Counted from the stretch's first letter, positions 20,336 through 31,293 are shown. The stretch is 64,000 nucleotides of DNA from Gemmatales bacterium (GCA_041640595.1 JBEPZY010000010.1:749-64748); one strand, 5' to 3'. The notes: generated by a model not told the origin, from the letters alone. Made by a program: numbers and translations.

Positions 20336-23011
20336 ATGCGGCCAACCCAGCACGACCTCGATCCGGTAGAAACTTCCGAATGGTTAGCCTCGCTCGATGC
20401 GGTCATCGCGGCACAGGGCCGGGAGCGTGCCGAATACCTGACGGCACGCCTGTTGGAACATGCCCAGCGTCAGGGGATCGCGTTGCGACTGGGCACGACC
20501 ACGCCCTACATCAACACCATTCCCGCCAGCGAGGATCCGCCATATCCCGGCGATCGGCAACTGGAACGCCGCATCCGCAGCATCATCCGCTGGAACGCCA
20601 TGGCGATGGTGGTGCGGGCGAATCGCAAATATCCCGCAGTCGGTGGCCACATCGCTACCTACGCCTCCATCGCCACGCTTTACGAAGTCGGGTTCAACCA
20701 CTTCTTCCGCGGCAGCACCGGCAAGGAAATCGGTGATTACGTTTATTTTCAGGGACATTCCGCGCCCGGTATTTATGCCCGTGCGTATCTGGAAGGGCGG
20801 ATCAGTGAGGCCCAGCTCGAGAATTTCCGCATGGAACTGTTGCCGGGCGGTGGCTTACCGTCCTATCCCCATCCGTGGTTGATGCCGGATTTCTGGGAGT
20901 TTCCCACGGTTTCCATGGGCCTTTCCCCGCTGATGTCGGTGCAACAGGCACGGTTTTTGCGCTATTTGCAGCATCGCGGTATCGCCGACACTTCCAACAC
21001 CCGCGTCTGGTGTTTTCTCGGCGACGGCGAAATGGACGAACCGGAATCCGCTGGGGCGATTTATCTGGCTGGCCGCGAAGGACTCGACAACCTGATCTGG
21101 GTGGTCAATTGCAATCTGCAACGGCTCGATGGCCCGGTGCGGGGCAATGGCAAGATTATCCAGGAATTGGAAGCCCTCTTTCGCGGCGCCGGCTGGAATG
21201 TCATTAAGGTGATCTGGGGTTGCGATTGGGACCCCTTGCTGGCTGCCGACAAAGATGGGCTGCTCGTCCAGCGGATGAATGAGGCGGTGGACGGCGATTA
21301 TCAGAGATACGCCGCTTCCGACGGTGCATATATCCGCCAGCATTTCTTCGGCAAATATCCGCCGTTGCTGAAACTGGTCGAACATCTCCGCGATGATCAA
21401 CTGCCGCGGTTGCGTCGGGGCGGTCACGATCCGGTGAAAGTTTACGCCGCCTACAAACGAGCCGTCGAACATCGCGGTCAGCCGACGGTCATCCTCGCCA
21501 AAACCATCAAAGGTTACGGTCTCGGCGAAGCCGGGGAAGCCCGCAACATTGCCCATCAGCAGAAAAAGTTGGAGGAACAGCAACTCCGTCAGTTTCGCGA
21601 TCGCTTCGATTTGCCCATTCCCGATAGCAAAATTCCGGAAATCCCGTTTTACCATCCCGGTCCCAAAAGCCCGGAAGTCGAATACCTGCTGGAACGCCGG
21701 CGTGCTCTGGGTGGATTTTTGCCTCGCCGGGTCGTGCGGGCCGAACCGTTGCCGGCACCGCGACTCGAATCGTTCCAGGATTTTCTCAAAGGTTCCGGCG
21801 GCCGCGAAGTTTCGACCACCATGGCCTTCGTGCAATTGCTCTCGCTGTTGATGCGCGACAAAACTTTCGGCAAACTCATCGTCCCGATTGTCCCCGATGA
21901 AGCGCGAACGTTTGGCATGGACGCGCTGTTTCGACCGTTCGGCATCTATTCGCCGAAAGGCCAGCTTTACGAGCCGGTGGATAAGGGCATGCTCATCTAC
22001 TACCGCGAAGCCGTAGATGGGCAGCTCATCGAGGAAGGGATCAACGAAGCAGGAGCGATGGCACTGTTCACCGCAGCCGGCACCACACCGGAAAAACGCG
22101 GCATCAACACGATTCCGTTTTACATTTTCTATTCCATGTTCGGTTTTCAGCGGGTAGGCGATTTCATCTGGGCCAACGCCGATTCGCGGGGTAAGGGTTT
22201 CCTGCTCGGTGCTACTGCCGGTCGCACCACCCTGGCCGGAGAAGGTTTGCAACACCAGGACGGCCACAGTCACGTCCTCGCTTCCACCGTCCCCACGGTG
22301 CAACCGTATGACCCGGCCTTTGCCTTCGAACTGGCCATCATCATCCAGGACGGTCTGCGGCGGATGTATGAACTGCAGGAGGACATTTTTTATTACATCA
22401 CGCTGTACAACGAACGCTACGAAATGCCTCCCATGCCAGAAGGCGAGGGTGTGCGTGAGGGCATCTTGCGGGGGATTTATAAATTCCGACCAGCGCCGCG
22501 ACCGACTCGCCGTGCCCTGCGGGTACATCTGCTTGCTTCCGGGCCGATGGTGCCGCAAGCCTTGCGGGCCCAGGCCATGTTGGACGAACAATTCCAGGTC
22601 CAGGCCGACGTCTGGAGCGTGACCAGCTTCGTTCTGCTCCGCCGCGAGGCTCTCGATGTGGAACGCTGGAACTGGCTGCATCCGCAAGAACCGCCCCGCA
22701 AACCGTACATCACCCAGCTATTCGAAGCCGAACCCTGGCCGGTCGTCGCTGTCTCCGATTACATGAAGATTCTGCCGGACGGCGTCGCCAAGTGGATTCC
22801 CCAGGGTGTTTTTTCGCTAGGCACGGACGGTTTCGGTCGCAGTGCCGATCGCGCGTTACTCCGCCGCTTTTTTGAGGTGGACGCCGAATCAATCACCCTG
22901 GCCGCTCTCTATCAACTCGCCCGTGCTGGCAAGATCGAGATGCGGAAAGTCGCCCAGGCGATGAAACATCTCGGCCTGGATCCGGACAAGCCCAACCCGA
23001 TGACCAGCTGA
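20336..23011 (+). CDS. aceE: Pyruvate dehydrogenase E1, homodimeric type
   Basis: 891 aa; DLDPVETSEW, GGHIATYAS, FPTVSMGL, GDGEMDEPES, NCNLQRLDGPV, GEGLQHQDGHS. Confidence 0.95.
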   Translation: MRPTQHDLDPVETSEWLASLDAVIAAQGRERAEYLTARLLEHAQRQGIALRLGTTTPYINTIPASEDPPYPGDRQLERRIRSIIRWNAMAMVVRANRKYPAVGGHIATYASIATLYEVGFNHFFRGSTGKEIGDYVYFQGHSAPGIYARAYLEGRISEAQLENFRMELLPGGGLPSYPHPWLMPDFWEFPTVSMGLSPLMSVQQARFLRYLQHRGIADTSNTRVWCFLGDGEMDEPESAGAIYLAGREGLDNLIWVVNCNLQRLDGPVRGNGKIIQELEALFRGAGWNVIKVIWGCDWDPLLAADKDGLLVQRMNEAVDGDYQRYAASDGAYIRQHFFGKYPPLLKLVEHLRDDQLPRLRRGGHDPVKVYAAYKRAVEHRGQPTVILAKTIKGYGLGEAGEARNIAHQQKKLEEQQLRQFRDRFDLPIPDSKIPEIPFYHPGPKSPEVEYLLERRRALGGFLPRRVVRAEPLPAPRLESFQDFLKGSGGREVSTTMAFVQLLSLLMRDKTFGKLIVPIVPDEARTFGMDALFRPFGIYSPKGQLYEPVDKGMLIYYREAVDGQLIEEGINEAGAMALFTAAGTTPEKRGINTIPFYIFYSMFGFQRVGDFIWANADSRGKGFLLGATAGRTTLAGEGLQHQDGHSHVLASTVPTVQPYDPAFAFELAIIIQDGLRRMYELQEDIFYYITLYNERYEMPPMPEGEGVREGILRGIYKFRPAPRPTRRALRVHLLASGPMVPQALRAQAMLDEQFQVQADVWSVTSFVLLRREALDVERWNWLHPQEPPRKPYITQLFEAEPWPVVAVSDYMKILPDGVAKWIPQGVFSLGTDGFGRSADRALLRRFFEVDAESITLAALYQLARAGKIEMRKVAQAMKHLGLDPDKPNPMTS

Positions 23012-23115
23012 CGCCACTCCCTCGCGGCCGTGCTGCGGCGTGCATGTCTGCCGATGAAATAACACCGCTACCGCCGATGAAATAACATCGCTATCGATGC
23101 ACCAACGTACGTTCA

Positions 23116-23853
23116 CAAGAGCGGCGGGAGTCAGCCCGCCGTGGCCCGGAAATCGCACCTGCGAGGACAATTCCGCACACATCTGCACACGCCCGTCGCA
23201 CGCAGCACCAAGAGCGGCGGGCGTCAGCCCGCCGTGGAAACGAAACGCACTTGCAGGACGGTTCGCTTTGCGTTCGGCGAACAACGCCACCAGCAGCGGC
23301 GGGCGTCAGCGCGCCGTGGGTTTGTAAACCGCGTTTCCAATTGCAATGCGATGAATTTCGCCGCTTCGAGGCTTCGAGTTCGCATCGGCAATGCACCCTA
23401 CGGGGGCCTTACGCCTTCGGCGCCTTCACCTGGAGTGCGCCGAGGGCGATGAGTTCGCACGCCGAATCCATCCCACGGGGGGCTTACGCCCCCCGCTCTT
23501 GTTGCAGTGCGAGTGTTTGCCGGCAAAAAACGATTTTTGCGATACACATACGCACATCCGGTCAAGAGCGGCGAGCGTCAGCCCGCCGCGGTTCGAGAAT
23601 CGCACCTGCCATGCAGTTCGATTTACTTTTGGCAAACCACGCCTCCAGCGAAAACCGCGGTCAGACCGCCGCGGTTCGATCAGTTGAACGCTGCCTGCGG
23701 TGTGTTGGAAACGCACATGCGTGAGCGGTTCGTCCCCCACGGTCGGTTTACGCCAACCGCTCTTGGTCGCGATGACGGCTGATGTGCGGGATGCGCGGCT
23801 TTACTTTCCGAACTCGACTCGTTTAGCATGGCTGGCTTACGTCAGCCACTCCT
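23116..23853. repeat. REP/REPIN-like palindrome cluster 2
   Basis: Same hairpin family as cluster 1 at 23116, 23209, 23291, 23472 and about 23563, with degenerate copies further downstream. Confidence 0.9.
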
Positions 23854-24031
23854 GGTATGGGATTCGTGCACAGCGCTGATGCTAACTTCCTGTCGGGTCG
23901 AGCCAAAGCAGAGTGGTCAGCGCAAGAAAATCCGGATCGGTTGCCGATCCGGATGGTGCCGGGCACAGCCAAAGCCCGTCCCCTTTGCGTCTGGCCCGGC
24001 GTTCAGCCGTCTCCCGGCCCTGTGGAAATTT

Positions 24032-24113
24032 GCGGTTATCTTCCGGGCTTGAGACCTCTCCGCGTCCCGACAGCGGTTATCTTCCGGGCTTGAGGCCTTT
24101 CAGCATCCCAACA
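24032..24113. repeat. 41-bp tandem duplication
   Basis: gcggttatcttccgggcttgag at 24032 and 24073, with similar tails. Confidence 0.8.
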
Positions 24114-24518
24114 CCCGACCCGGGTTACTCGGCCTGCCGAAAGTCGCCGCTATCTCCCGTGCCAGAGGTACCAGAAATCTAGGTTACAAGCCCCGGCAAT
24201 GCAAGGAAAAATCGTCACAATCGGCATAGCCGCTCCAGTCTGCACCTCCGGCATATTCGGCAAATCCGAATGATTGACCGGCGATTCCGGCCTGGAGGTC
24301 GCGGTTCGGCCTGCCGGGAGTGCCACGTTGCTGGGGCCAATTGAATCGCCTGGATGCAGACCTTGTGGCCCGAACTTTTCCGCACTGGTCGTTATGCCTA
24401 CATGCGGACGATGAGCCGGGAGCTTCATAAAGTAAGCGCGAAACCTGCGGCGAAGCTCAATGACAAAGCCCGCGAGAACCATTGCCGCTAGCGAAATGCC
24501 TTCGGGGAGAAACACCGT

Positions 24519-25628
24519 ATGCGTCCCAGATGGTGGAACATCGGTTTCGTGATTGTAACCTGTCTGGTCGGACTGCACGCACAAGTCGTTGCCGAGGATG
24601 CGGTCATTTATCGCGATAGTAAAACCGGCAAGGTGATCCGCCGCGATGGCCAGATCGTTGGAGAATCTCCAGGCGGAATCACCTTCGTCAGTGGACTGGT
24701 GCCGAAAAAAGAGTTTATTCCCGTAACGGACATACAAGACATCCGTCTGGACGAAGAGCCTGTTGAATTGTCGCAAGCGCGTGCGTACGAGACCAAGCAA
24801 TACTGGCAAAAGGCCCTGGATCAGTACACCGAGGCACTTCGGCTGGCGCAAAAAACCAAGGGCAAGCTGGTCCTGCCTTACATCGAGTTCAAAATCCTCA
24901 AGCTGCGGATGTTGCTGATGGAGCAGAAAGAGAGCACAGCGCTGGAGCGAGGCGAACTGTATCGTCGGCTCGAAGAGTTCCATAAAAAGTACCCGAATGC
25001 CTGGCAAACGCTGGAATGCCTGGAAATGATGGGACAGTTGCGGTTGCGGGATGGGCTGGGAGTTGAGGAGGTCCTCAAGGAACTGAGCCAGCTACGCGAG
25101 AAGTACAAAAACCAAGCAGAACTGGTCGGGCGGGTCAATCTTTTTGAAGCCCGTGCTCTGTTACAGCAAGCCCAGGCGTACCTGCGAACTCAGCCCGATA
25201 AGGCCAAGGCACTGTATCAGCAAGCGCGCCAAAGTCTGGAGGGCCTGTTGAAGACTGCCAGCGGCAACCTGCGTCAAGAAATTCTCATCAGCCTGATCGA
25301 ATGCAAGGCAGCCCTCGGTCAACTCAAGGAAGCGGAAGCCGATCTCGCTTCGCTGGAAAAAGAGGCTCAGGATGCCCGCACGAAAGCCCTGGTCCATCTG
25401 GGGCGCGGAGACATTTACCGTCTCAGCAACCGTTACCGCGACGCCATGTGGGAGTATCTGTGGGTAGATGTCGTCTATAACCAGGATCGGGAACTGACTG
25501 CTCGAGCCCTTTACTGGCTCGTCGAGGTCTTCCGCAAACTTGGCGATGAAGAGAAAGCCAAAAGTTGTGAGCAACGCTTGCAGAACGAGTACAAGGACAC
25601 GGTCTGGGCCAAACGAATGAGCCAATGA
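24519..25628 (+). CDS. Secreted TPR-repeat protein
   Basis: Signal peptide, all-helical body, TPR-like C-terminus (YRDAMWEYLWVDVVY..ARALYWL). Confidence 0.8.
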   Translation: MRPRWWNIGFVIVTCLVGLHAQVVAEDAVIYRDSKTGKVIRRDGQIVGESPGGITFVSGLVPKKEFIPVTDIQDIRLDEEPVELSQARAYETKQYWQKALDQYTEALRLAQKTKGKLVLPYIEFKILKLRMLLMEQKESTALERGELYRRLEEFHKKYPNAWQTLECLEMMGQLRLRDGLGVEEVLKELSQLREKYKNQAELVGRVNLFEARALLQQAQAYLRTQPDKAKALYQQARQSLEGLLKTASGNLRQEILISLIECKAALGQLKEAEADLASLEKEAQDARTKALVHLGRGDIYRLSNRYRDAMWEYLWVDVVYNQDRELTARALYWLVEVFRKLGDEEKAKSCEQRLQNEYKDTVWAKRMSQ

Positions 25629-25666
25629 TGCCCGGCCCATTCGCAACCGAGATCAAGGAGTCTAGC

Positions 25667-26794
25667 ATGCGTCGTCTCTGCCTGACAATGCTGCTGGCGC
25701 TGGTGACAATAGCGTTGACGGCTCTGGCAACCGCATGGCAAACTGGAAAACCGGCTCCATGGTGGTCGAACCATGACCGTGGGATGCCGATGTTCAGCTG
25801 GTTCACGCCGGCCGCCTGCGCTTATTCAGCCCACGCCAGTACCGTACAGATTGCCGAGGAGAAAGAGCCGTTTCGATTGCTGCTCAAGCGCCAGGATGGT
25901 TCTCTGATTACCGCCTACTACCTGGATGCGAAGTTGCCGAAACCGTTTTTGTATCCGCTGCACGGTCCGGGCGGCGTAGAGCTGACCCGTGCGTATCCGA
26001 TGATTCCTGACCGGCCGGGCGAAAGTCGGGATCATCCGCATCAGCGTTCGGTCTGGTTCACCTATGGAGACGTGATCCCCGAAGGAGTCGAGGTGAAACC
26101 CAGCAAAGGGGTCAGCGGTATTGATTTCTGGGCGGAAACCCCGGGCCATGGGCGAATCGTTTGTGAACAGGTCTTGTTGAAGCAGGAAGGAGAATCGGGT
26201 CGGCCTGCGGTGATCCGAACGCGACTGGCCTGGCAAACCGCTGACGGTCGTAAAATCCTCGAAGAAATCCGCACCTTGCAAGCTTACGATCTCGGTGCGG
26301 GCGAAAGCTTGCTTGTGTTCGATTTTCTTTTGCAGGCCACGGTGTGTCCCGTGATTTTTGGCGACACCAAAGAAGGTGCTTTCGGAGTGCGGGTCGCCGA
26401 GAGCATGACCGAAAGGGCCAAAAAAGGTGGTGTGCTGACCAATGCCGACGGTAAGCGTACCATGGCCGAGTGCTGGGGACGCCGCTCCGCCTGGTGTGAT
26501 TATTCCGGGCCGGTGAACGGTCGCCTGGTGGGACTGACGCTGATGGACCACCCGAAGAATCCATCCCCGGCTTGCTGGCACGCTCGCGATTATGGTTTGC
26601 TGGCCGCGAATCCCTTTGGCCGAACCCGCTCCGGTTTCCCAGACGTCAAAGGTCACACCGACCTGATACGCCTCAACAAGGGCGACAGTATCCGCTTCCG
26701 CTACGGGCTGCTGGTGCATGACGGCGACAGCAAGCAGGGCAAAGTGCAGGAGCGGTATGCCTTCTTCACGCAGCTACCACTGGACCGGCCGTAA
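25667..26794 (+). CDS. Secreted 'PmoA-family' (PF14100-like) protein, probably carbohydrate-active
   Basis: KPFLYPL, DHPHQRSVWF, FGDTKEG, WCDYSG and WHARDYG motifs; AAGGAG RBS. Confidence 0.8.
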   Translation: MRRLCLTMLLALVTIALTALATAWQTGKPAPWWSNHDRGMPMFSWFTPAACAYSAHASTVQIAEEKEPFRLLLKRQDGSLITAYYLDAKLPKPFLYPLHGPGGVELTRAYPMIPDRPGESRDHPHQRSVWFTYGDVIPEGVEVKPSKGVSGIDFWAETPGHGRIVCEQVLLKQEGESGRPAVIRTRLAWQTADGRKILEEIRTLQAYDLGAGESLLVFDFLLQATVCPVIFGDTKEGAFGVRVAESMTERAKKGGVLTNADGKRTMAECWGRRSAWCDYSGPVNGRLVGLTLMDHPKNPSPACWHARDYGLLAANPFGRTRSGFPDVKGHTDLIRLNKGDSIRFRYGLLVHDGDSKQGKVQERYAFFTQLPLDRP

Positions 26795-26952
26795 TCCGAA
26801 CCGAAGGCAGGCACGGCCGGGCCCAACGAATCGGTGAGTCTGTCCGCTGCAGCGCTTCGCCGCCACGACGGGCTGCATTGCTCAGGCGGAACCTGCCGAG
26901 CAAGCTCATCGGAACGGTTGGAGCAGAATCAGTAAAACGCGGAGTCGAACCG

Positions 26953-27738
26953 ATGCTCGTCGGTTGTCCGAAATGTACGGTGCGGTTACGAGTGAACGAA
27001 ACAGCCCAGGGCAAGGCGATTCGCTGCCCGAAATGTGGTGCGGTCTTCCGGTTACCAGGGAATCCAGCAATTGCCAGTGCGCCATCCGCGGAGAGCCCCT
27101 CGCCGACGGTTCGCAGCACCGAATCGGTCTCGACTACCCAATCGGACACCGCCGAGCCGAAAAAAGCGACCAAACCCAGGAAGCTCAAGCCCAAAAAGAA
27201 AAAGTCCAACACGACGGTGCTGGTGGTAGTCGTTTTGGGTGTGGTGTTTGGCTTGGCCGCTGTAAGCGGAGGTGGGTTTGCGGTCTGGTACTTTTACTTT
27301 CGCAAAACCGCCGAGCAGGCTTATACGGAATTTCTCGACGCCATGGAACCTTTAGTCGAGGCGATTGAAAAAGCAAACGATCCCAGCAAGCGTAACGAGG
27401 TAATCAGCGGAATCAATCAGTGTAACGAGCGGCTGGAACGTTGGATCGCGAAGTACCGTGACTGCGAATGGCCCGAGGAGGAATTCAAACAAGCTGTGCA
27501 AAAGCATGAACCTCGTGCTAAAGCACTCGCAGAGCGAATGCTGAAGGCAGGCTTGGCTCTGGCTTTCAACAAGCAACTCCAGCAGGATCAGGAGTTTCTC
27601 AGCGCCATGAAGCGTTTGGCCAGCACCTTCAATCAAATGACACAAACCCGGCACAAGTTTATCACCCCGGCACCCATAGGGAAGCCTGCACCTATACCCG
27701 GCCCACGAGTACCGTCGGTCCCGTTTTCCGGTCGTTAG
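26953..27738 (+). CDS. Zinc-ribbon (MJ0042-like) single-pass membrane protein
   Basis: CPKC...CPKCG N-terminus, Pro/Ser linker, Lys-rich stretch, one TM helix. Confidence 0.8.
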   Translation: MLVGCPKCTVRLRVNETAQGKAIRCPKCGAVFRLPGNPAIASAPSAESPSPTVRSTESVSTTQSDTAEPKKATKPRKLKPKKKKSNTTVLVVVVLGVVFGLAAVSGGGFAVWYFYFRKTAEQAYTEFLDAMEPLVEAIEKANDPSKRNEVISGINQCNERLERWIAKYRDCEWPEEEFKQAVQKHEPRAKALAERMLKAGLALAFNKQLQQDQEFLSAMKRLASTFNQMTQTRHKFITPAPIGKPAPIPGPRVPSVPFSGR

Positions 27739-27802
27739 TCTGCTCACGGAATTGTTCGACACGCCTTGTGATCGCTCCGATCCGCATCTCTGCCGTCGCG
27801 CC

Positions 27803-28357
27803 CTGGGGGGCCTTACGCCTTCGGTGCCTTCACCTGGAGTGCGCAGAGACCGATGAGTTCGCATGCGGACTGCTCCCCACGGGGGGCTTACGCCCCCCGC
27901 TCTTGTTGCAGTGCGAGTGTTTGCCGGCAAAAAACGATTTTTGCGATACACATACGCACATCCGGTCAAGAGCGGCGGGCGTCAGCCCGCCGTGGGTTTG
28001 TAAACCGAGTCCGCAACGGCAATGCGGTGAATTTCGGCGCCTCGAACCCGCACGCCGAGTGCATCCCACGGGGGGCTTACGCCCCCCGCTCTTGTTGCAG
28101 TGCGAGTGTTTGCCGGCAAAAAACGATTTTTGCGATACACATACGCACATCCGGTCAAGAGCAGCGGGCGTCAGCCCGCCGTGGTTCGAGAATCGCACCT
28201 GCGAGGACAATTCCGCGCACATCCCCACACGACCGTCACACGCAGCACCAAGAGCGGCGGGCGTTAGCCCGCCGTGGCTCACGAAACCCACCTGCAGGAT
28301 GGTTCGCTTTGCGTTCGGCGAACAACGCCACCAGGAGCGGCGGGCGTTAGCCCGCCG
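27803..28357. repeat. REP/REPIN-like palindrome cluster 3
   Basis: Six clear hairpin units plus a half unit; roughly 100-bp blocks near-identical to cluster 2. Confidence 0.9.
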
Positions 28358-28536
28358 AATGCCTCGCCTGTAGGGTTATGGGGAATGGCAAACGGGAACG
28401 TCGGCGAACAAGATAGTCGCCATCCGCCCACCTTACCGTGCTGAAAGGAAACAGGTATGCTAATTGGCGAGTGCGTTGAACCTGGCCCACAAAGGGGACC
28501 GACCATTTTCGTGGGCATGGATGAGGAGAATGAGAC

Positions 28537-29832
28537 ATGCCCGTGCATGCGGCGGTTTTCGAAGCGGATGTAACCGTACCGCTGGGGCATTCGCTGTGCG
28601 GCGGCTGGATTCGGCCGGCAATCAAGGTAGAGACACCGTTGCGCGGACTGGGATTGGTACTTCTAGGGGATGAGCCTGCGGTGGTTTTGTGCGCTCTCGA
28701 CTGGTGCGGGCTGTGTAATGATGCCCATGTGCGGATGCGCGAAGCACTGGCCAGGGCAGCTCACACCACGCCGGAGCGGGTCACCATTCACACGGTGCAT
28801 CAACACAATGCTCCCTTTGTGGACTTTACCGCTCAGCAGGAGGTAGCGAAACATCCAGACCTGCCGCCGATTTTCACGGTTGATTGGTGGGAGAAGATCA
28901 CTACCACCCTGGCCGAGTCGCTGCGGCAGAGCCTGCGGCATTTGCAGAAGGTAACGCATATCAGTTTTGGCCAGGCCCGGGTGGAACAGGTGGCGTCGAA
29001 TCGTCGCGTGCTTGGACCGGACGGCAAGCTCAAATACTGGCGAGGCAGCAGTTGCAAAGATGCCAGCGCCCGGGCCGAACCGGAGGGAATCATCGATCCG
29101 TTTCTGAAAACGCTGGTCTTCTGGTCGGGCGAGCGACGTCTGGTCAGCCTACATTACTACGCCACGCATCCGATGAGCTACTACGGCGACGGAGTGGTGA
29201 ACAGTGATTTTGTCGGTCTGGCCCGCGATCGCCGGAGTAAGGAAACCGGTCGTCCGCATCTGTATTTCACAGGTTGTGCAGGCAATGTGGCTGCGGGCAA
29301 ATACAACGATGGTTCGCCGGAAAATCGGCCGGTTCTGGCTCAGCGAGTTTACACCGCCATGGTGGCTTCGGAGCAGTCCGGGGAGCGGATACCAGTGAGC
29401 GGCTTTCGCTGGCTGACCCAGGAGGTAGTTTTGCCGCCTCGCCAGGATGCCGACAGCGAGCGGTTACGAGCCATCCTGGCCGATCGCAAACAGCCGGTCG
29501 CTGTGCGAAACCGCACCGCGATGAAACTTTCCTACCGCTTGCGTGCCGAGGCGAAAGTTCCGATAGTTTTGAGCCGGCTCATTCTGCATGAGCGAGTTTC
29601 CATACTGCACTTGCCTGCCGAGTCGTTTGTGGAATACCAGCTGTACGCCCAGCAATTGGTTCGGGAACATTTTCTAGCGGTGGCTGCTTACGGTGACGAT
29701 GGGCCGTGGTACATTCCGCTGAAACGATCTTTCGCGGAGGGCGGTTACGAACCGAGTGTTGCCTTTGCCGAACCCGATTCCGAAGATATTCTAAAACAGG
29801 GGATTGCCCGCTTGCTCTCCCGCCAACACTAA
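28537..29832 (+). CDS. Neutral/alkaline ceramidase-like hydrolase fold protein
   Basis: DVTVPLG, HTVHQHNAP, YATHP, GCAGNV, HLPAESFVEYQL and GGYE motifs. Confidence 0.65.
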   Translation: MPVHAAVFEADVTVPLGHSLCGGWIRPAIKVETPLRGLGLVLLGDEPAVVLCALDWCGLCNDAHVRMREALARAAHTTPERVTIHTVHQHNAPFVDFTAQQEVAKHPDLPPIFTVDWWEKITTTLAESLRQSLRHLQKVTHISFGQARVEQVASNRRVLGPDGKLKYWRGSSCKDASARAEPEGIIDPFLKTLVFWSGERRLVSLHYYATHPMSYYGDGVVNSDFVGLARDRRSKETGRPHLYFTGCAGNVAAGKYNDGSPENRPVLAQRVYTAMVASEQSGERIPVSGFRWLTQEVVLPPRQDADSERLRAILADRKQPVAVRNRTAMKLSYRLRAEAKVPIVLSRLILHERVSILHLPAESFVEYQLYAQQLVREHFLAVAAYGDDGPWYIPLKRSFAEGGYEPSVAFAEPDSEDILKQGIARLLSRQH

Positions 29833-29856
29833 CTCACCGAGCCAAGGAGGTTCGTC

Positions 29857-31293
29857 ATGACGGTTCTCACGCGACGAGAATTTGTCGGGGCCGGACTAGC
29901 TGCGGCGAGCTTCTGGATCAGCGGCACAAAAACTTCGGGGCGCGTGCTGGGCGCCAATGACCGAGTGCGTGTCGCTATTGCCGGGCTGAACGGTCGCGGT
30001 GGTGCTCACGTCAGCGCTTTTCTGGCTTTGCCTGGCGTCGAGATTGCTTACCTGATCGATCCCGATACCAGAACCTTCGCCAAACACCTCGGTCGTATCG
30101 AGAAACAGCAGGGGCGTGCGCCGATTTGTGTTCAGGATGTCCGCAAGGCTCTCGAAGACAAAAACCTCGACGTGCTCAGCATCGCCACGCCGAACCACTG
30201 GCATTCGTTGATGGCGATCTGGGCCTGCCAGGCCGGCAAGGATGTTTATGTCGAAAAACCCCTCAGCCACAACGTCAAAGAAGGTCGCATCCTGGTCGAA
30301 ACCGCCCGCAAATACGGACGCATCGTGCAGCACGGCACCCAGAGCCGCAGTGATTCCGGCTGGCATACGCTGCGGGCGATTGTCGAATCGGGTAAGCTGG
30401 GACGTTTGCTGGTGGCTCGCGGCTTGTGCTACAAACCACGGGGAAGTATCGGCTTCAAGCCACCTTCGCCTCCGCCGCAGGAATTGGACTTCAATCTCTG
30501 GCTGGGCCCGGCTCCTGAGCAGCCGCATCACGCCAACCTGGTGCATTACAACTGGCACTGGTTCTGGGATTTTGGCAACGGCGACATCGGCAATCAAGGC
30601 GTGCATCAGATGGACATTGCCCGCTGGATGATTCCGGGAGCAACTTTGCCGCAAGCCGTGTTCAGTCTGGGCGGGCGTTTCGGCTACCAGGATCAGGGGC
30701 AGACGCCCAACACTCAACTGGCCATTTTTGATTACGGGGCGAATCGTCCGCTACTCATTTTCGAAGTGCGTGGTCTGCCAACCCCGCCGTATCACGAGCA
30801 AAAGGTTGGTAACATTCTGCACTTCGAAGCAGGAGTGGTGGCGGGGAAGAAGTTTTATCCGGCCGACAGCAAAACCGAGGCACCATTACCGAAAGTGGAC
30901 GTTCCACGCCGGGCTCCCGGCGACATTTTCGCCAACTTCCTGGCCTGTGTGCGTTCGCGCAAAGCTGCTGATTTGCATGCCGATGTGCTCGAAGGCCATT
31001 ATTCCAGTGCGTTGTGTCATCTGGCCAACGTTTCGTATCGTCTGGGTACGGAAATGACGCCGCAACAATTCCGCTCCCACCTCCGCGACGAGCCTCATCT
31101 GGAAGAAGCCCTGGCGCGGATGGAAGAGCATCTGCGGAACAACAAAGTGCTGCTCAGCGATATTCGCTACCGCGTCGGTCGGCGGCTCAAAGTGGACGCA
31201 ACCACGGAGACTATTGTCGGGGACAACGAAGCCAACCGCCTGCTTTTCCGCGAATACCGAAAACCTTTTGTCGTGCCGGATAAGGTCGTCTGA
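29857..31293 (+). CDS. Gfo/Idh/MocA oxidoreductase with Tat-like leader
   Basis: TRREFV leader, GLNGRG, ATPNHWH, DVYVEKP, GDIGNQGVH. Confidence 0.9.
   Translation: MTVLTRREFVGAGLAAASFWISGTKTSGRVLGANDRVRVAIAGLNGRGGAHVSAFLALPGVEIAYLIDPDTRTFAKHLGRIEKQQGRAPICVQDVRKALEDKNLDVLSIATPNHWHSLMAIWACQAGKDVYVEKPLSHNVKEGRILVETARKYGRIVQHGTQSRSDSGWHTLRAIVESGKLGRLLVARGLCYKPRGSIGFKPPSPPPQELDFNLWLGPAPEQPHHANLVHYNWHWFWDFGNGDIGNQGVHQMDIARWMIPGATLPQAVFSLGGRFGYQDQGQTPNTQLAIFDYGANRPLLIFEVRGLPTPPYHEQKVGNILHFEAGVVAGKKFYPADSKTEAPLPKVDVPRRAPGDIFANFLACVRSRKAADLHADVLEGHYSSALCHLANVSYRLGTEMTPQQFRSHLRDEPHLEEALARMEEHLRNNKVLLSDIRYRVGRRLKVDATTETIVGDNEANRLLFREYRKPFVVPDKVV

Noticed and set aside
16508-22687. Long antisense ORFs (674, 545 and 610 aa; also 56629-58596)
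   Set aside because: Shadow frames of well-identified genes in high-GC DNA
25667-26794. Particulate methane monooxygenase
   Set aside because: The 'PmoA family' label here refers to a soluble secreted protein; it has no polytopic TM pattern and no pmoB/pmoC neighbours
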